This document shows, one piece after another, positions 39,862-48,045 of a stretch of DNA of 64,000 nucleotides (position 1 is the stretch's first letter; each line of letters opens with the position of its first letter). The position numbers and the translations under genes were made by a program. Location of the stretch: positions 608,001 through 672,000 of the forward strand of contig CAVRJO010000001.1 of the NCBI GenBank assembly GCA_963722255.1, read 5' to 3'. The notes under the pieces were generated by a model, which saw only the letters and a program-made list of their open reading frames with translations, was not told the origin of the DNA and did no database searches. Source of the stretch: Candidatus Babeliales bacterium. GTDB lineage: Bacteria > Babelota > Babeliae > Babelales > JANWKD01.

Positions 39862-41610
39862 ATGAATAAAAAACTACTAAAAATCTCCCTGCTTTCGCTC
39901 GGAGCATTTTTTGCATCTGCTCAGGCAGCAGACTGCAATACACAATGTGTGACAAGCAACTCATCCTGCGACTCAAACAGCACATCATGTAAAGGTGATG
40001 TGGCAGGATCTTTCTTGTCTGTGCGTCCTAACTTTCAAGTTGGTATGCCTGAAGTAGAATCATTATGGCGCAGAAGAGCTAATAATGGTGAATGTGGCGA
40101 AGGCCGCGAATGTGGAATTGGCGGAGCAATTCAAATTGTTCCTTTTGGCGGACGTTCAACCAAATCCAGCCGTCTTGGAAGCTTCTTCATGTTTGGTGAT
40201 AACTCAAATGCATTAACCGTTGGCTACACCAACCCTCAATCAGCAACAACTGTTAAACAAGTTAACCCTATCAACTTTGGTATCGATTACCATAATGTTG
40301 ATTTGACAGGCAGCTATTCAAGTACCATTACCTTTAATCCACGTCAATCTTTTGCCGGTGTTGGATTTGAATGGAGACAATATCTTGGTTGGTGGAATGA
40401 TTGCGGAAGCAGCTGGTGGTTTGATATTTCTTTCCCATTTGAACACGTTCGCAATAAAATGAATCTTTGTGAAACAACTCCTGTTACTACAGGACCTCTT
40501 GTAACAAGTGCTGCAGCTAATATGATTCAAGCATTTGCCGGAAATGCAGTTTATACAAACGTCACAGGGGTTGGCCGCGGCAACGCAGTATCAATGCAAT
40601 TTGGCCTTATTCCTCTTTCAAGCGATTGTAATGATGATTGTAATAATTCATGTCCAACAACCTCATGCGTAACAACCTGCAGTTCAAACAGAACAACACG
40701 CGATGGTGTTGCTGATGTAACCCTTAGACTTGGTTATGATGCATTATGCACAGAGTGTTGTTATGTTAACGGTTATGTTGGTGTGTTAGCTCCTACCGGT
40801 AACAGACCTCGTGCTCGCGTTATGTTTGAACCTATAGTTGGTCACAACCGTCACGTTGGATTCGTGTTTGGTAGTTTGATGAGCTACGATATTTGGACAG
40901 ATTGCGATCGCGCACTTTCATGGGAAGTAAACTTTGACAGCCTCTACCTGTTTAAAGGTAAAGAAACTCGTTCATTCGATATTAATGGCCATGGACCATG
41001 GAGCCGTTACCTCTTAGTATATGCAAACGCAGCTGATGCAGCCGCTGGTAAAGTTTCTCCTGGTATCAACTTCTTTACTCAAGAAGTTAACGTTACCCCA
41101 CGCTTCTGGACTTCTATCAACTCAGCACTTGTGTATAACCAACGCTGTGGCTTTGCTGCTGAACTTGGTTGGAACTTCTGGGCTAAACAAGCTGAAAAAG
41201 TTAGCTTGAAAAACTCTTCATGCTTTACAGGCGTAACCCTAGTAGGATTAGGAGTAGACAACCAGCAATATGGTTCTATAACTGGCCTTGATAACCAAAC
41301 AAACTTGCTCAACACCATAGGTAATAATAATGCAATTGGACCTTGTGTTGTAGCAACTGTTAATACATTAGTAGCTAACACTTTCCTTGAAGATGTAGCT
41401 ATAGCACCAGCACTAACCGCAGCAAATCTTAATCTTTGTTCAGGAGCAAATCCTGCAGCAATGACCAATATGGTGTATGGTACACTTGGATGGAACTTTG
41501 ACTGGTGTGCTCCAATGTTTGTAGGTGTTGGTGGTTCATATGAATTTACTCCTATAAATACTGCATTGAACCGTTGGACTGTTTGGGGTAAATGGGGCGT
41601 TTCCTTCTAA
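39862..41610 (+). CDS. Cysteine-rich secreted protein, putative outer-membrane beta-barrel
   Basis: Signal peptide ASAQA, alternating aromatic strands, C-terminal WGKWGVSF, about 22 Cys. Confidence 0.65.
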   Translation: MNKKLLKISLLSLGAFFASAQAADCNTQCVTSNSSCDSNSTSCKGDVAGSFLSVRPNFQVGMPEVESLWRRRANNGECGEGRECGIGGAIQIVPFGGRSTKSSRLGSFFMFGDNSNALTVGYTNPQSATTVKQVNPINFGIDYHNVDLTGSYSSTITFNPRQSFAGVGFEWRQYLGWWNDCGSSWWFDISFPFEHVRNKMNLCETTPVTTGPLVTSAAANMIQAFAGNAVYTNVTGVGRGNAVSMQFGLIPLSSDCNDDCNNSCPTTSCVTTCSSNRTTRDGVADVTLRLGYDALCTECCYVNGYVGVLAPTGNRPRARVMFEPIVGHNRHVGFVFGSLMSYDIWTDCDRALSWEVNFDSLYLFKGKETRSFDINGHGPWSRYLLVYANAADAAAGKVSPGINFFTQEVNVTPRFWTSINSALVYNQRCGFAAELGWNFWAKQAEKVSLKNSSCFTGVTLVGLGVDNQQYGSITGLDNQTNLLNTIGNNNAIGPCVVATVNTLVANTFLEDVAIAPALTAANLNLCSGANPAAMTNMVYGTLGWNFDWCAPMFVGVGGSYEFTPINTALNRWTVWGKWGVSF

Positions 41611-41626
41611 TTAGGTAAGGAATTAT

Positions 41627-42019
41627 ATGATTAAAAACATAAAAATATTAGCATTTTTCATACTAAGCATGTTGCCTCTCAACTTGCTCTGTATGAATGA
41701 TGAAGCAAGACTTAAGAAAGAGATCGCTGAATTTACCGCAAGAGCTCAAAGCGCAAGACCAGGATCAAATGCACAAAAAGGCTTTTTGAAAATAGTCGAA
41801 AGCAAAAAAGCTGAACTTGCTAGTTTAACTGGCGGCGGTCGTGAAGAAGAGGAAGAAATAGAGAAAGAGCAGATTGAACCTGCTCGTGGCGAAGAACGCG
41901 GTAGACAAATTGACGCCTTAGTTGATGACGTTGCTCGTTTATTGAGAGAAATAAAAAACTCTTTGCAAGGTACCGAAAACGAAGGGCTACTTGATGATCT
42001 TCGAGGAGCTTTGAGATAA
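41627..42019 (+). CDS. Hypothetical secreted helical/acidic protein
   Basis: RBS AAGGA, signal peptide, followed by a terminator. Confidence 0.7.
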   Translation: MIKNIKILAFFILSMLPLNLLCMNDEARLKKEIAEFTARAQSARPGSNAQKGFLKIVESKKAELASLTGGGREEEEEIEKEQIEPARGEERGRQIDALVDDVARLLREIKNSLQGTENEGLLDDLRGALR

Positions 42020-42044
42020 CACATTTTTTGACTCGAACAATAAT

Positions 42045-42074
42045 AAAGAGGTCCGGAACATTCCGGACCTCTTT
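42045..42074 (+). terminator. Rho-independent terminator
   Basis: AAAGAGGTCCGGAA-CA-TTCCGGACCTCTTT perfect stem. Confidence 0.8.
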
Positions 42075-42144
42075 AGCTTTCCATCAATTTTTTCTATACT
42101 GTAACTCAAATTTTTAATGAAGCATTAATAAAGGAGTTACACAC

Positions 42145-43152
42145 ATGCAAGCACCCACAATTCTCATTACCGGAGGAGCCGGATACATTGGCTCCCACAT
42201 AGCATACCTTTTTGCACAACAAGGCTATAAAGTCATTCTTCTTGATACCTTTATTTATAATCAGCATTGCAATCCTTCTTGGGCCACCATTATTAAAAAG
42301 GATTATGCCGATGCTGAAACATTAACTCATATTTTTACTCACTACAACATTAAAGCAGTTGTACATTGCGCTGCTCTTATTGAAGTCGGTGAATCGGTCA
42401 ATAACCCGGGTGCTTATTATGAAACAAATGTTGCAAAAACTATTATGCTTCTACAAGCAATGGTTAAACATGGCATAAAAAAATGTATCTTTTCATCCAG
42501 TTGCGCAGTTTATGGCATTCCTGAATTTTTACCACTTACTGAAGAGCATCCCAAAAAACCAATCAGCCCTTATGGAACAACAAAACTAATGGTCGAAACT
42601 ATTTTACAGGATTTTCAAAAAGCCTATGGCATTGAGTATGTTTGTTTGCGTTATTTTAATGCTGCCGGAGCATTACCTGAAGAAGGCCTTGGTGAACAAC
42701 ATGTTCCTGAAAGCCATCTTATACCAAGGGCATTGCATGCTGCATTAGAACAAATGCCATTTTTACTCTATGGAAATGATTATGCTACCAAAGACGGTAC
42801 CGCAATTCGAGATTTTGTTCATGTTCTTGATATTGCTCATGCCCACAGACTTGCTTTGGAACATTTAGATAAAGGTAATCCTTCGGATGCATTCAATTTA
42901 GGTACCGGCAAAGGATTTTCAATTAAAGAGATTATAGAAATGGTTGAAAAGGTTTGTCACACTTCGCTTAAAACTATTATTGAAAAACGGCGACAGGGAG
43001 ATCCTGCACTCTTAATAGCCGACCCAATGCGAGCAGAAACAATTTTAGGCTGGAAAACGTTATACAGCAATTTAGAATATATAATACAATCGGCTCATGC
43101 TTTTGCTCTCAGAACTGAAGAACATAAAGGCATACAAGAAAAATTGATTTAA
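42145..43152 (+). CDS. galE: UDP-glucose 4-epimerase
   Basis: TGGAGYIGSH, SSSCAVYG, PYGTTK, LRYFNAAG, DGTAIRDFVHV. Confidence 0.95.
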   Translation: MQAPTILITGGAGYIGSHIAYLFAQQGYKVILLDTFIYNQHCNPSWATIIKKDYADAETLTHIFTHYNIKAVVHCAALIEVGESVNNPGAYYETNVAKTIMLLQAMVKHGIKKCIFSSSCAVYGIPEFLPLTEEHPKKPISPYGTTKLMVETILQDFQKAYGIEYVCLRYFNAAGALPEEGLGEQHVPESHLIPRALHAALEQMPFLLYGNDYATKDGTAIRDFVHVLDIAHAHRLALEHLDKGNPSDAFNLGTGKGFSIKEIIEMVEKVCHTSLKTIIEKRRQGDPALLIADPMRAETILGWKTLYSNLEYIIQSAHAFALRTEEHKGIQEKLI

Positions 43153-43157
43153 AAGAT

Positions 43158-43195
43158 AAGGGCGTAAAAACATCAAATGATATCTTTACGCCTTT
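43158..43195. terminator. Probable bidirectional terminator between convergent genes
   Basis: GGCGTAAA...TTTACGCC stem. Confidence 0.5.
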
Positions 43196-43219
43196 AACTA
43201 ATATATAAATATGACTTAA

Positions 43220-43831
43220 TTATGCTCGTGCAAATAATGAAGTTACATAATTGCAAGCAGGGTATACAAAATTATGTGCATAGAAAGATACCTCTGATTC
43301 ATTTGCAAAAGCTGCTGCAATTACAGGAGCCGCTAAAACGGTACCAACAACTGCTGCTTTTGTTACAAATTTTGCAGTAGCAACTGCTGCTTGTTTTACA
43401 GGATCTAGGGTTGTTGTGCATTGTACTGCTAATCTCTTACCATTAATTTTAGCACGCTCGAAAGCTGCTCCAATTTTGTCAGAATATTTGATTGCAACGG
43501 CAGTTGCACCAAGACCAAGAACAACACCCGCTGTAGCTAAACGATTGTTATTAGCAACGGCAAAAAGATTCTTACCTTGTTCAACAGCAAAATCTTTCAG
43601 AGCTATAGCTGCTCCTTTAGGATCTTGATACAGATTTTTTGCTTGTTCATAAACAAGTTCTTTACCTGCTTGAGCAAACTCTGAACCAGCTGCATAACCA
43701 TTCTTCAAACCATCTGTAATCATTGATACTGTAGCTGAACATGCCTTAGTTACTAAATTTTCTGCATGGACAGTAGAACCAACAGCCAAAACAGCAACCA
43801 ATGCGATTACGTTATATAATTTTGAGTTCAT
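43220..43831 (-). CDS. Hypothetical Ala-rich secreted/membrane protein
   Basis: RBS GGAGGA, signal peptide TVHA, amphipathic helices, two hydrophobic segments. Confidence 0.75.
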   Translation of the reverse strand: MNSKLYNVIALVAVLAVGSTVHAENLVTKACSATVSMITDGLKNGYAAGSEFAQAGKELVYEQAKNLYQDPKGAAIALKDFAVEQGKNLFAVANNNRLATAGVVLGLGATAVAIKYSDKIGAAFERAKINGKRLAVQCTTTLDPVKQAAVATAKFVTKAAVVGTVLAAPVIAAAFANESEVSFYAHNFVYPACNYVTSLFARA

Positions 43832-43923
43832 ATGAACTTCCTCCATTTAATAGATATAGAATACTACTTCTATATCTAAGTTTATATAAAATTATCAAAT
43901 TGTCAATTATTTTTTATTAAATT

Positions 43924-44553
43924 TTACTTTAATGCTGAAAATTTGTTCATTTCTGTCAAAAGACTGAGTAATTCAGCATATTTGATGAGCATTTTCTCAT
44001 AAAGATCTTTGTATTTGGGCTGATCGCTCAAAGAAAGGCAATCATTCATTGTATTCAATAATTCAACGAGTTTTATGCTTATTGCTTGCAAGTGTCTATT
44101 CTCGCCAAATCGTTCAATGCTCAATTCTAGGTTAAACTGCTGCAAAATATCAAAATAGCGTCCTAAGGCTTCTTGATTATTTTCTTCTAAGTGCATATTC
44201 AATAGTGCTTCATAAAGCCGCGTTTGAATATCATGATAGGGAGCTATAAAATGAACGGTTTTTCCTTCGGAAATTGTTTCTGATTCATCATTATTTTGTG
44301 CCGGCTTTACAATACGATAAAGACCATAAACAGCAGCTAAAGCGCAGAATGCAGTAAGTACCGGATGTTTCTTTACAAACTCCTTAACTATTTCTTGGCC
44401 ACTCTGAATAGTCCGCCAAGATGTTTGAGTCACCTGACCCAAAGAGGGAACAGATTGCTTCAATGATTCGCTCCAGGATTGACATGAAGTTAGTGATATC
44501 ATGCTCATTATTACAAAAGATACAGCAGCATAACGAATATATGAATGGTTCAT
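43924..44553 (-). CDS. Hypothetical protein: signal peptide, TM helix, helical domain
   Basis: RBS GGAGGA; HPVLTAFCALAAVYGLY TM segment. Confidence 0.7.
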   Translation of the reverse strand: MNHSYIRYAAVSFVIMSMISLTSCQSWSESLKQSVPSLGQVTQTSWRTIQSGQEIVKEFVKKHPVLTAFCALAAVYGLYRIVKPAQNNDESETISEGKTVHFIAPYHDIQTRLYEALLNMHLEENNQEALGRYFDILQQFNLELSIERFGENRHLQAISIKLVELLNTMNDCLSLSDQPKYKDLYEKMLIKYAELLSLLTEMNKFSALK

Positions 44554-44589
44554 ATGTTCCTCCAAAAATAGTGAAATAACAAAAAATTT

Positions 44590-44799
44590 TTACAGAGAAT
44601 TTCTGCGTATAATAGTATAAATAACGTGATCCGGCTCTTCTTGAGTAGATTGAGACTCATCATCCGAATCAGGTGTGGCACTTTCGTATGCAGTAATAAT
44701 TGGCTCCTCAGCATCTGTCTCTAGATCCATTGAATACAAAGAAGGAATTACTAAAAATACGACATAGAGGCTTAGTTGAAAAGAGAGTTTTGAAATCAC
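44590..44799 (-). CDS. Small acidic secreted protein
   Basis: RBS AGGAGG before GTG; signal peptide then MDLETDAEEP. Confidence 0.55.
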   Translation of the reverse strand: MISKLSFQLSLYVVFLVIPSLYSMDLETDAEEPIITAYESATPDSDDESQSTQEEPDHVIYTIIRRNSL

Positions 44800-44934
44800 A
44801 GAATTAACCTCCTACTTAAATGGTAGTGATACAAATACTTATGTATTCATGAGTATAAACAATGATGCTTTTTTGTCAAAACCCCCTGATTTTAAGAGAA
44901 GAATTGGGAATGAGCAATAATGCCCAAAGATAAA

Positions 44935-44964
44935 AAAATAGGCCCTGCGCACAGAGCCTATTTT
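44935..44964 (-). terminator. Terminator closing the four-gene array
   Basis: AAAATAGGC...GCCTATTTT stem with T-tract on the minus strand. Confidence 0.6.
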
Positions 44965-44972
44965 AAAATAGA

Positions 44973-45584
44973 TTAGTTTTGAATTATAATACCTGCTAAA
45001 ATTTCATTACAAGTACTTCCAACGTTTTCAGAAGCTTGATTGAATTCTTCCCTGCAAATATTTTTACTTTCTGCATTTTCTTTTTCTGCTGAAGCAGCAA
45101 GCAATTCTTTTAAGGCATTGTTATATGCAAGGACCGTTTCTTTTAAATCAGTCATTTGGAATTCATCCAACTGCCGAAGAAGAACGTTATCAATTAATAG
45201 TTCTCTTGCTATATATTTTTGTATATTTGCTGCAATTCCTTTTCTTGCAGTCTCGCGTCCATCATTATCATCATTTAAATCTTGATTTTGCGGCTCTTCT
45301 TGTGGATTTAATTGACCATCTTCTTCATAATCAACATCAAATGTTTGATTATCTGAACCAGCATTCTTTTTAGGCTTATAGTGTGAATACGCTATATAAC
45401 CTACAAAAATCGCAATCGCGCCAACAAGAGCACCCTTAATGCAGTTTTCAACGGTGATATAGTGCTTAAGAGAGTTTGCTGATTCGTTAACAATCTGATT
45501 TAGACTAAAGCCTTGAGCAACGGGCTGAGCAAAAAGCAATGCTGCAACCATGTATACTATACTTACTTGTGTTATTTTTTTCAT
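44973..45584 (-). CDS. Conserved-leader array protein 4
   Basis: MKKITQVSIVYMVAALLFAQPVAQG leader; ITVENCIKG plus TM. Confidence 0.8.
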   Translation of the reverse strand: MKKITQVSIVYMVAALLFAQPVAQGFSLNQIVNESANSLKHYITVENCIKGALVGAIAIFVGYIAYSHYKPKKNAGSDNQTFDVDYEEDGQLNPQEEPQNQDLNDDNDGRETARKGIAANIQKYIARELLIDNVLLRQLDEFQMTDLKETVLAYNNALKELLAASAEKENAESKNICREEFNQASENVGSTCNEILAGIIIQN

Positions 45585-45624
45585 AATTTCTCCATTTATT
45601 AAAAATTGATTACTATTTACACAT

Positions 45625-46215
45625 TTATTCTTGATTTAGATGAGCAATTATTTTGTTACGGCTATTTTTAATACGTAGTTCAGAAGCATCATCAGGAGTC
45701 TTACAATAGCTCTTGAAAGCTTCTTCAAATTCAACCAAATAATTCATAGTTGTTGAACTGTTTTCACAAAGAACTTTATAATTTTGTAAATAATTTAAAT
45801 ACAAATCTTTAAATGATACAATTCTATATAATTCTCTATACATACTCTCAATAAGCTTTATCAGCGTAGCTTTTATTTCATAATGAAGCTTTTGATCTTG
45901 ATTGATTGCAGACTGCGATGGTTCTTCTTTTTCTTCAAAAATGACCTCTTGATTTACCATTTCCTGCTCTGGCATCACTGATCTTTTATTATTCATAATC
46001 GAACTTTTTTTGTAATTCTGCCAAAATATGTATCCTACGAAAGCAACAAGAGCACTTACAACAGCTCCTTTTATGCAATTATCAAAAGTAATAAAAGACT
46101 TTGCAGACTGAAACATAGTGGGAAATTGATTCAAGGTTATGCCTTGAGCCACAGGTTGAGCAAACATTAATGCTGCTACCATATACACTATACTTACTTG
46201 AGTTATCTTTTTCAT
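45625..46215 (-). CDS. Conserved-leader array protein 3
   Basis: Same leader; ITFDNCIKG plus TM. Confidence 0.8.
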   Translation of the reverse strand: MKKITQVSIVYMVAALMFAQPVAQGITLNQFPTMFQSAKSFITFDNCIKGAVVSALVAFVGYIFWQNYKKSSIMNNKRSVMPEQEMVNQEVIFEEKEEPSQSAINQDQKLHYEIKATLIKLIESMYRELYRIVSFKDLYLNYLQNYKVLCENSSTTMNYLVEFEEAFKSYCKTPDDASELRIKNSRNKIIAHLNQE

Positions 46216-46255
46216 AAATTCTCCATTTATTAAAAATTGATTACTATTTGCGCAT

Positions 46256-46828
46256 TTATTCTTGATTTAGATTATCAATTAATTCATTATATTTGTTACT
46301 AAGATATGTTTCGGCATTTCGATCGTTGTTGCAATATCCTTTAAAGGCACTTTGAAATTCACTTAAAAGCGTAAAAATCGTTGATCCTTGCGCACAAAGG
46401 TTCATGCATCCAAAAAGAACATTTAAGTGATCTTCTTGAAGGTGCTTTGACCACTTAATTGCAACTCTATTGGTATAAATACTATCAATAACTTCATTAA
46501 TAGCATTTATTGTTCCTTTAGGAATTTTTTCAGATCTTGTGGATTTTTCAAAAGCAGGACGCAACCAACCATCTGGATGACGATCACCATCCGCGATTTC
46601 ACTGATATTCTTGCCACCTTTATTCAAATTCCAAATAGCATACCCAACAAATGCAGCTAACGCACCAAAAAATGCACCCTTAATGCAATTTTCAACAGTA
46701 ACATATGGTTTAATAGAATCAGCTGATTCTTTAATAATTTGATTAAGACTAAAGCCTTGAGCAACTGGTTGAGCAAAAAGCAATGCTGCAACCATGTATA
46801 GTATACTTACTTGTGTTATTTTTTTCAT
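46256..46828 (-). CDS. Conserved-leader array protein 2
   Basis: Same leader; VTVENCIKG plus TM. Confidence 0.8.
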   Translation of the reverse strand: MKKITQVSILYMVAALLFAQPVAQGFSLNQIIKESADSIKPYVTVENCIKGAFFGALAAFVGYAIWNLNKGGKNISEIADGDRHPDGWLRPAFEKSTRSEKIPKGTINAINEVIDSIYTNRVAIKWSKHLQEDHLNVLFGCMNLCAQGSTIFTLLSEFQSAFKGYCNNDRNAETYLSNKYNELIDNLNQE

Positions 46829-46853
46829 AATTTCTCCATTTATTTAAAAATAA

Positions 46854-47177
46854 TTACTTTTGATTAGGTTGAGATTCATTCTTAGGAATTGGAGACCAAC
46901 TAGAAGGATCTTTAACCCATTTCGGAACTGCCTTAGATATATTATTATCAGACTCATCCGCATACTCTTCTTTGGCCTTCTCTATATTTTTTATTTTCCA
47001 TACGGCATACACAACAGCCACTAAAGCAACTCCTCCGATTGCAGCTTTAATGCAATCTCCGGCTGTAATATTGTATTTAAGTGAGTCATCGGCACAGCTA
47101 AGGTTTGAAAGAATCGGCTGAGCAAAAAGTAGTGCCCCAACCATATATAGTATACTTACTTGTGTCATTTTTCTCAT
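46854..47177 (-). CDS. Conserved-leader array protein 1 (short tail)
   Basis: MRKMTQVSILYMVGALLFAQP; ITAGDCIKA plus TM. Confidence 0.75.
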   Translation of the reverse strand: MRKMTQVSILYMVGALLFAQPILSNLSCADDSLKYNITAGDCIKAAIGGVALVAVVYAVWKIKNIEKAKEEYADESDNNISKAVPKWVKDPSSWSPIPKNESQPNQK

Positions 47178-47258
47178 AAATTCTCCATATATTTAAGAAT
47201 AGTTTACTCCTATAGCTTACCATGTTTACAAAATAATACAAGTAGAATTTATAAAAGA

Positions 47259-47302
47259 TATTTTTCTGCTATAAAATCCCTATAACCCTAATTCCTTTTA
47301 AT
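47259..47302. repeat. 44-bp dispersed repeat; inverted copy at 62175..62218
   Basis: TATTTTTCTGCTATAAAATCCCTATAACCCTAATTCCTTTTAAT, one mismatch to the second copy. Confidence 0.8.
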
Positions 47303-47309
47303 CTCTACG

Positions 47310-47890
47310 GGTACAATTCCCCGCGGCTTGCCGCGTAGTCAGATAAAAAAATGGAATAAATAAAAAGTCCTGATAAATTGGGAGAATGAGTAAATTAAGT
47401 AGGTTTATATGTATCATATAGTTTGTCCAGCAAAATATAGGCGAGCGGTTTTTACAGAGGAAGTAGACAAAGTATTGAGGTTGGTGTGTCTTGAGATAGA
47501 AAAACGTTATCAGATAGAGTTTCTAGAAATAGGAACAGATGGGGATCACGTTCATTTTCTTGTGCAGTCCGTACCGACGTATAGTCCTACGAATATCATT
47601 AGAAAAATAAAAAGTATAACGGCGCGGGAAATTTTCAAACGAGTTCCCGAAGTAAAGAGGCAGCTATGGGGTGGAGAATTTTGGTCTGATGGATATTTCG
47701 TAAACACGGTAAGTAAGCATGGAAGCGAAAAACGAGTGGCAGAATACGTAAAAAACCAGGGAAGGGATTACATGATGTTGCACAAAAAAGACCCTACTCG
47801 TACGCCAAGAGATCTGGGTCAGATGTTCTTCATGTAGATAGAAATCCTTAAAAAAATTCAATACCCCGCTGCTTGCTGCGGGTGAAATTT
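47310..47890 (+). mobile_element. IS200/IS605-family element, tnpA only; ends approximate
   Basis: Subterminal hairpins CCCCGCGGCTTGCCGCG and CCCCGCTGCTTGCTGCGGG flank a Y1 transposase. Confidence 0.8.
47409..47837 (+). CDS. tnpA: IS200-type HUH/Y1 transposase; N-terminus possibly truncated
   Basis: YHIVCPAKYRR, DHVH (HUH), FWSDGYF, EYVKNQ. Confidence 0.9.
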   Translation: MYHIVCPAKYRRAVFTEEVDKVLRLVCLEIEKRYQIEFLEIGTDGDHVHFLVQSVPTYSPTNIIRKIKSITAREIFKRVPEVKRQLWGGEFWSDGYFVNTVSKHGSEKRVAEYVKNQGRDYMMLHKKDPTRTPRDLGQMFFM

Positions 47891-47951
47891 ATTGTTAAAC
47901 TTTCTTTTTAATAAGATTTTATTTATAAAATGCAATGCCTTTACTACAAAT

Positions 47952-47998
47952 TTTTTTAAATTAGGTATTTTTGACATAAAAATACCTAATTTAAAAAA
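47952..47998. terminator. Perfect 21-bp inverted repeat downstream of secA
   Basis: TTTTTTAAATTAGGTATTTTT-GACAT-AAAAATACCTAATTTAAAAAA. Confidence 0.55.
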
Positions 47999-48045
47999 GT
48001 GTATTAAAAATAATTTATAAGGAATGAACAATTTTCAAAAAAGTG

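Noticed and set aside
44973..47195. CRISPR array or integron cassette array
   Set aside because: The repeats are coding leaders and RBS spacers about 600 bp apart; no cas gene, integrase or attC structure is present
47310..47890. RAYT or TnpB/IscB RNA-guided system
   Set aside because: The protein is a plain IS200-type TnpA with its own end hairpins; no tnpB follows and the REP-like families do not flank it
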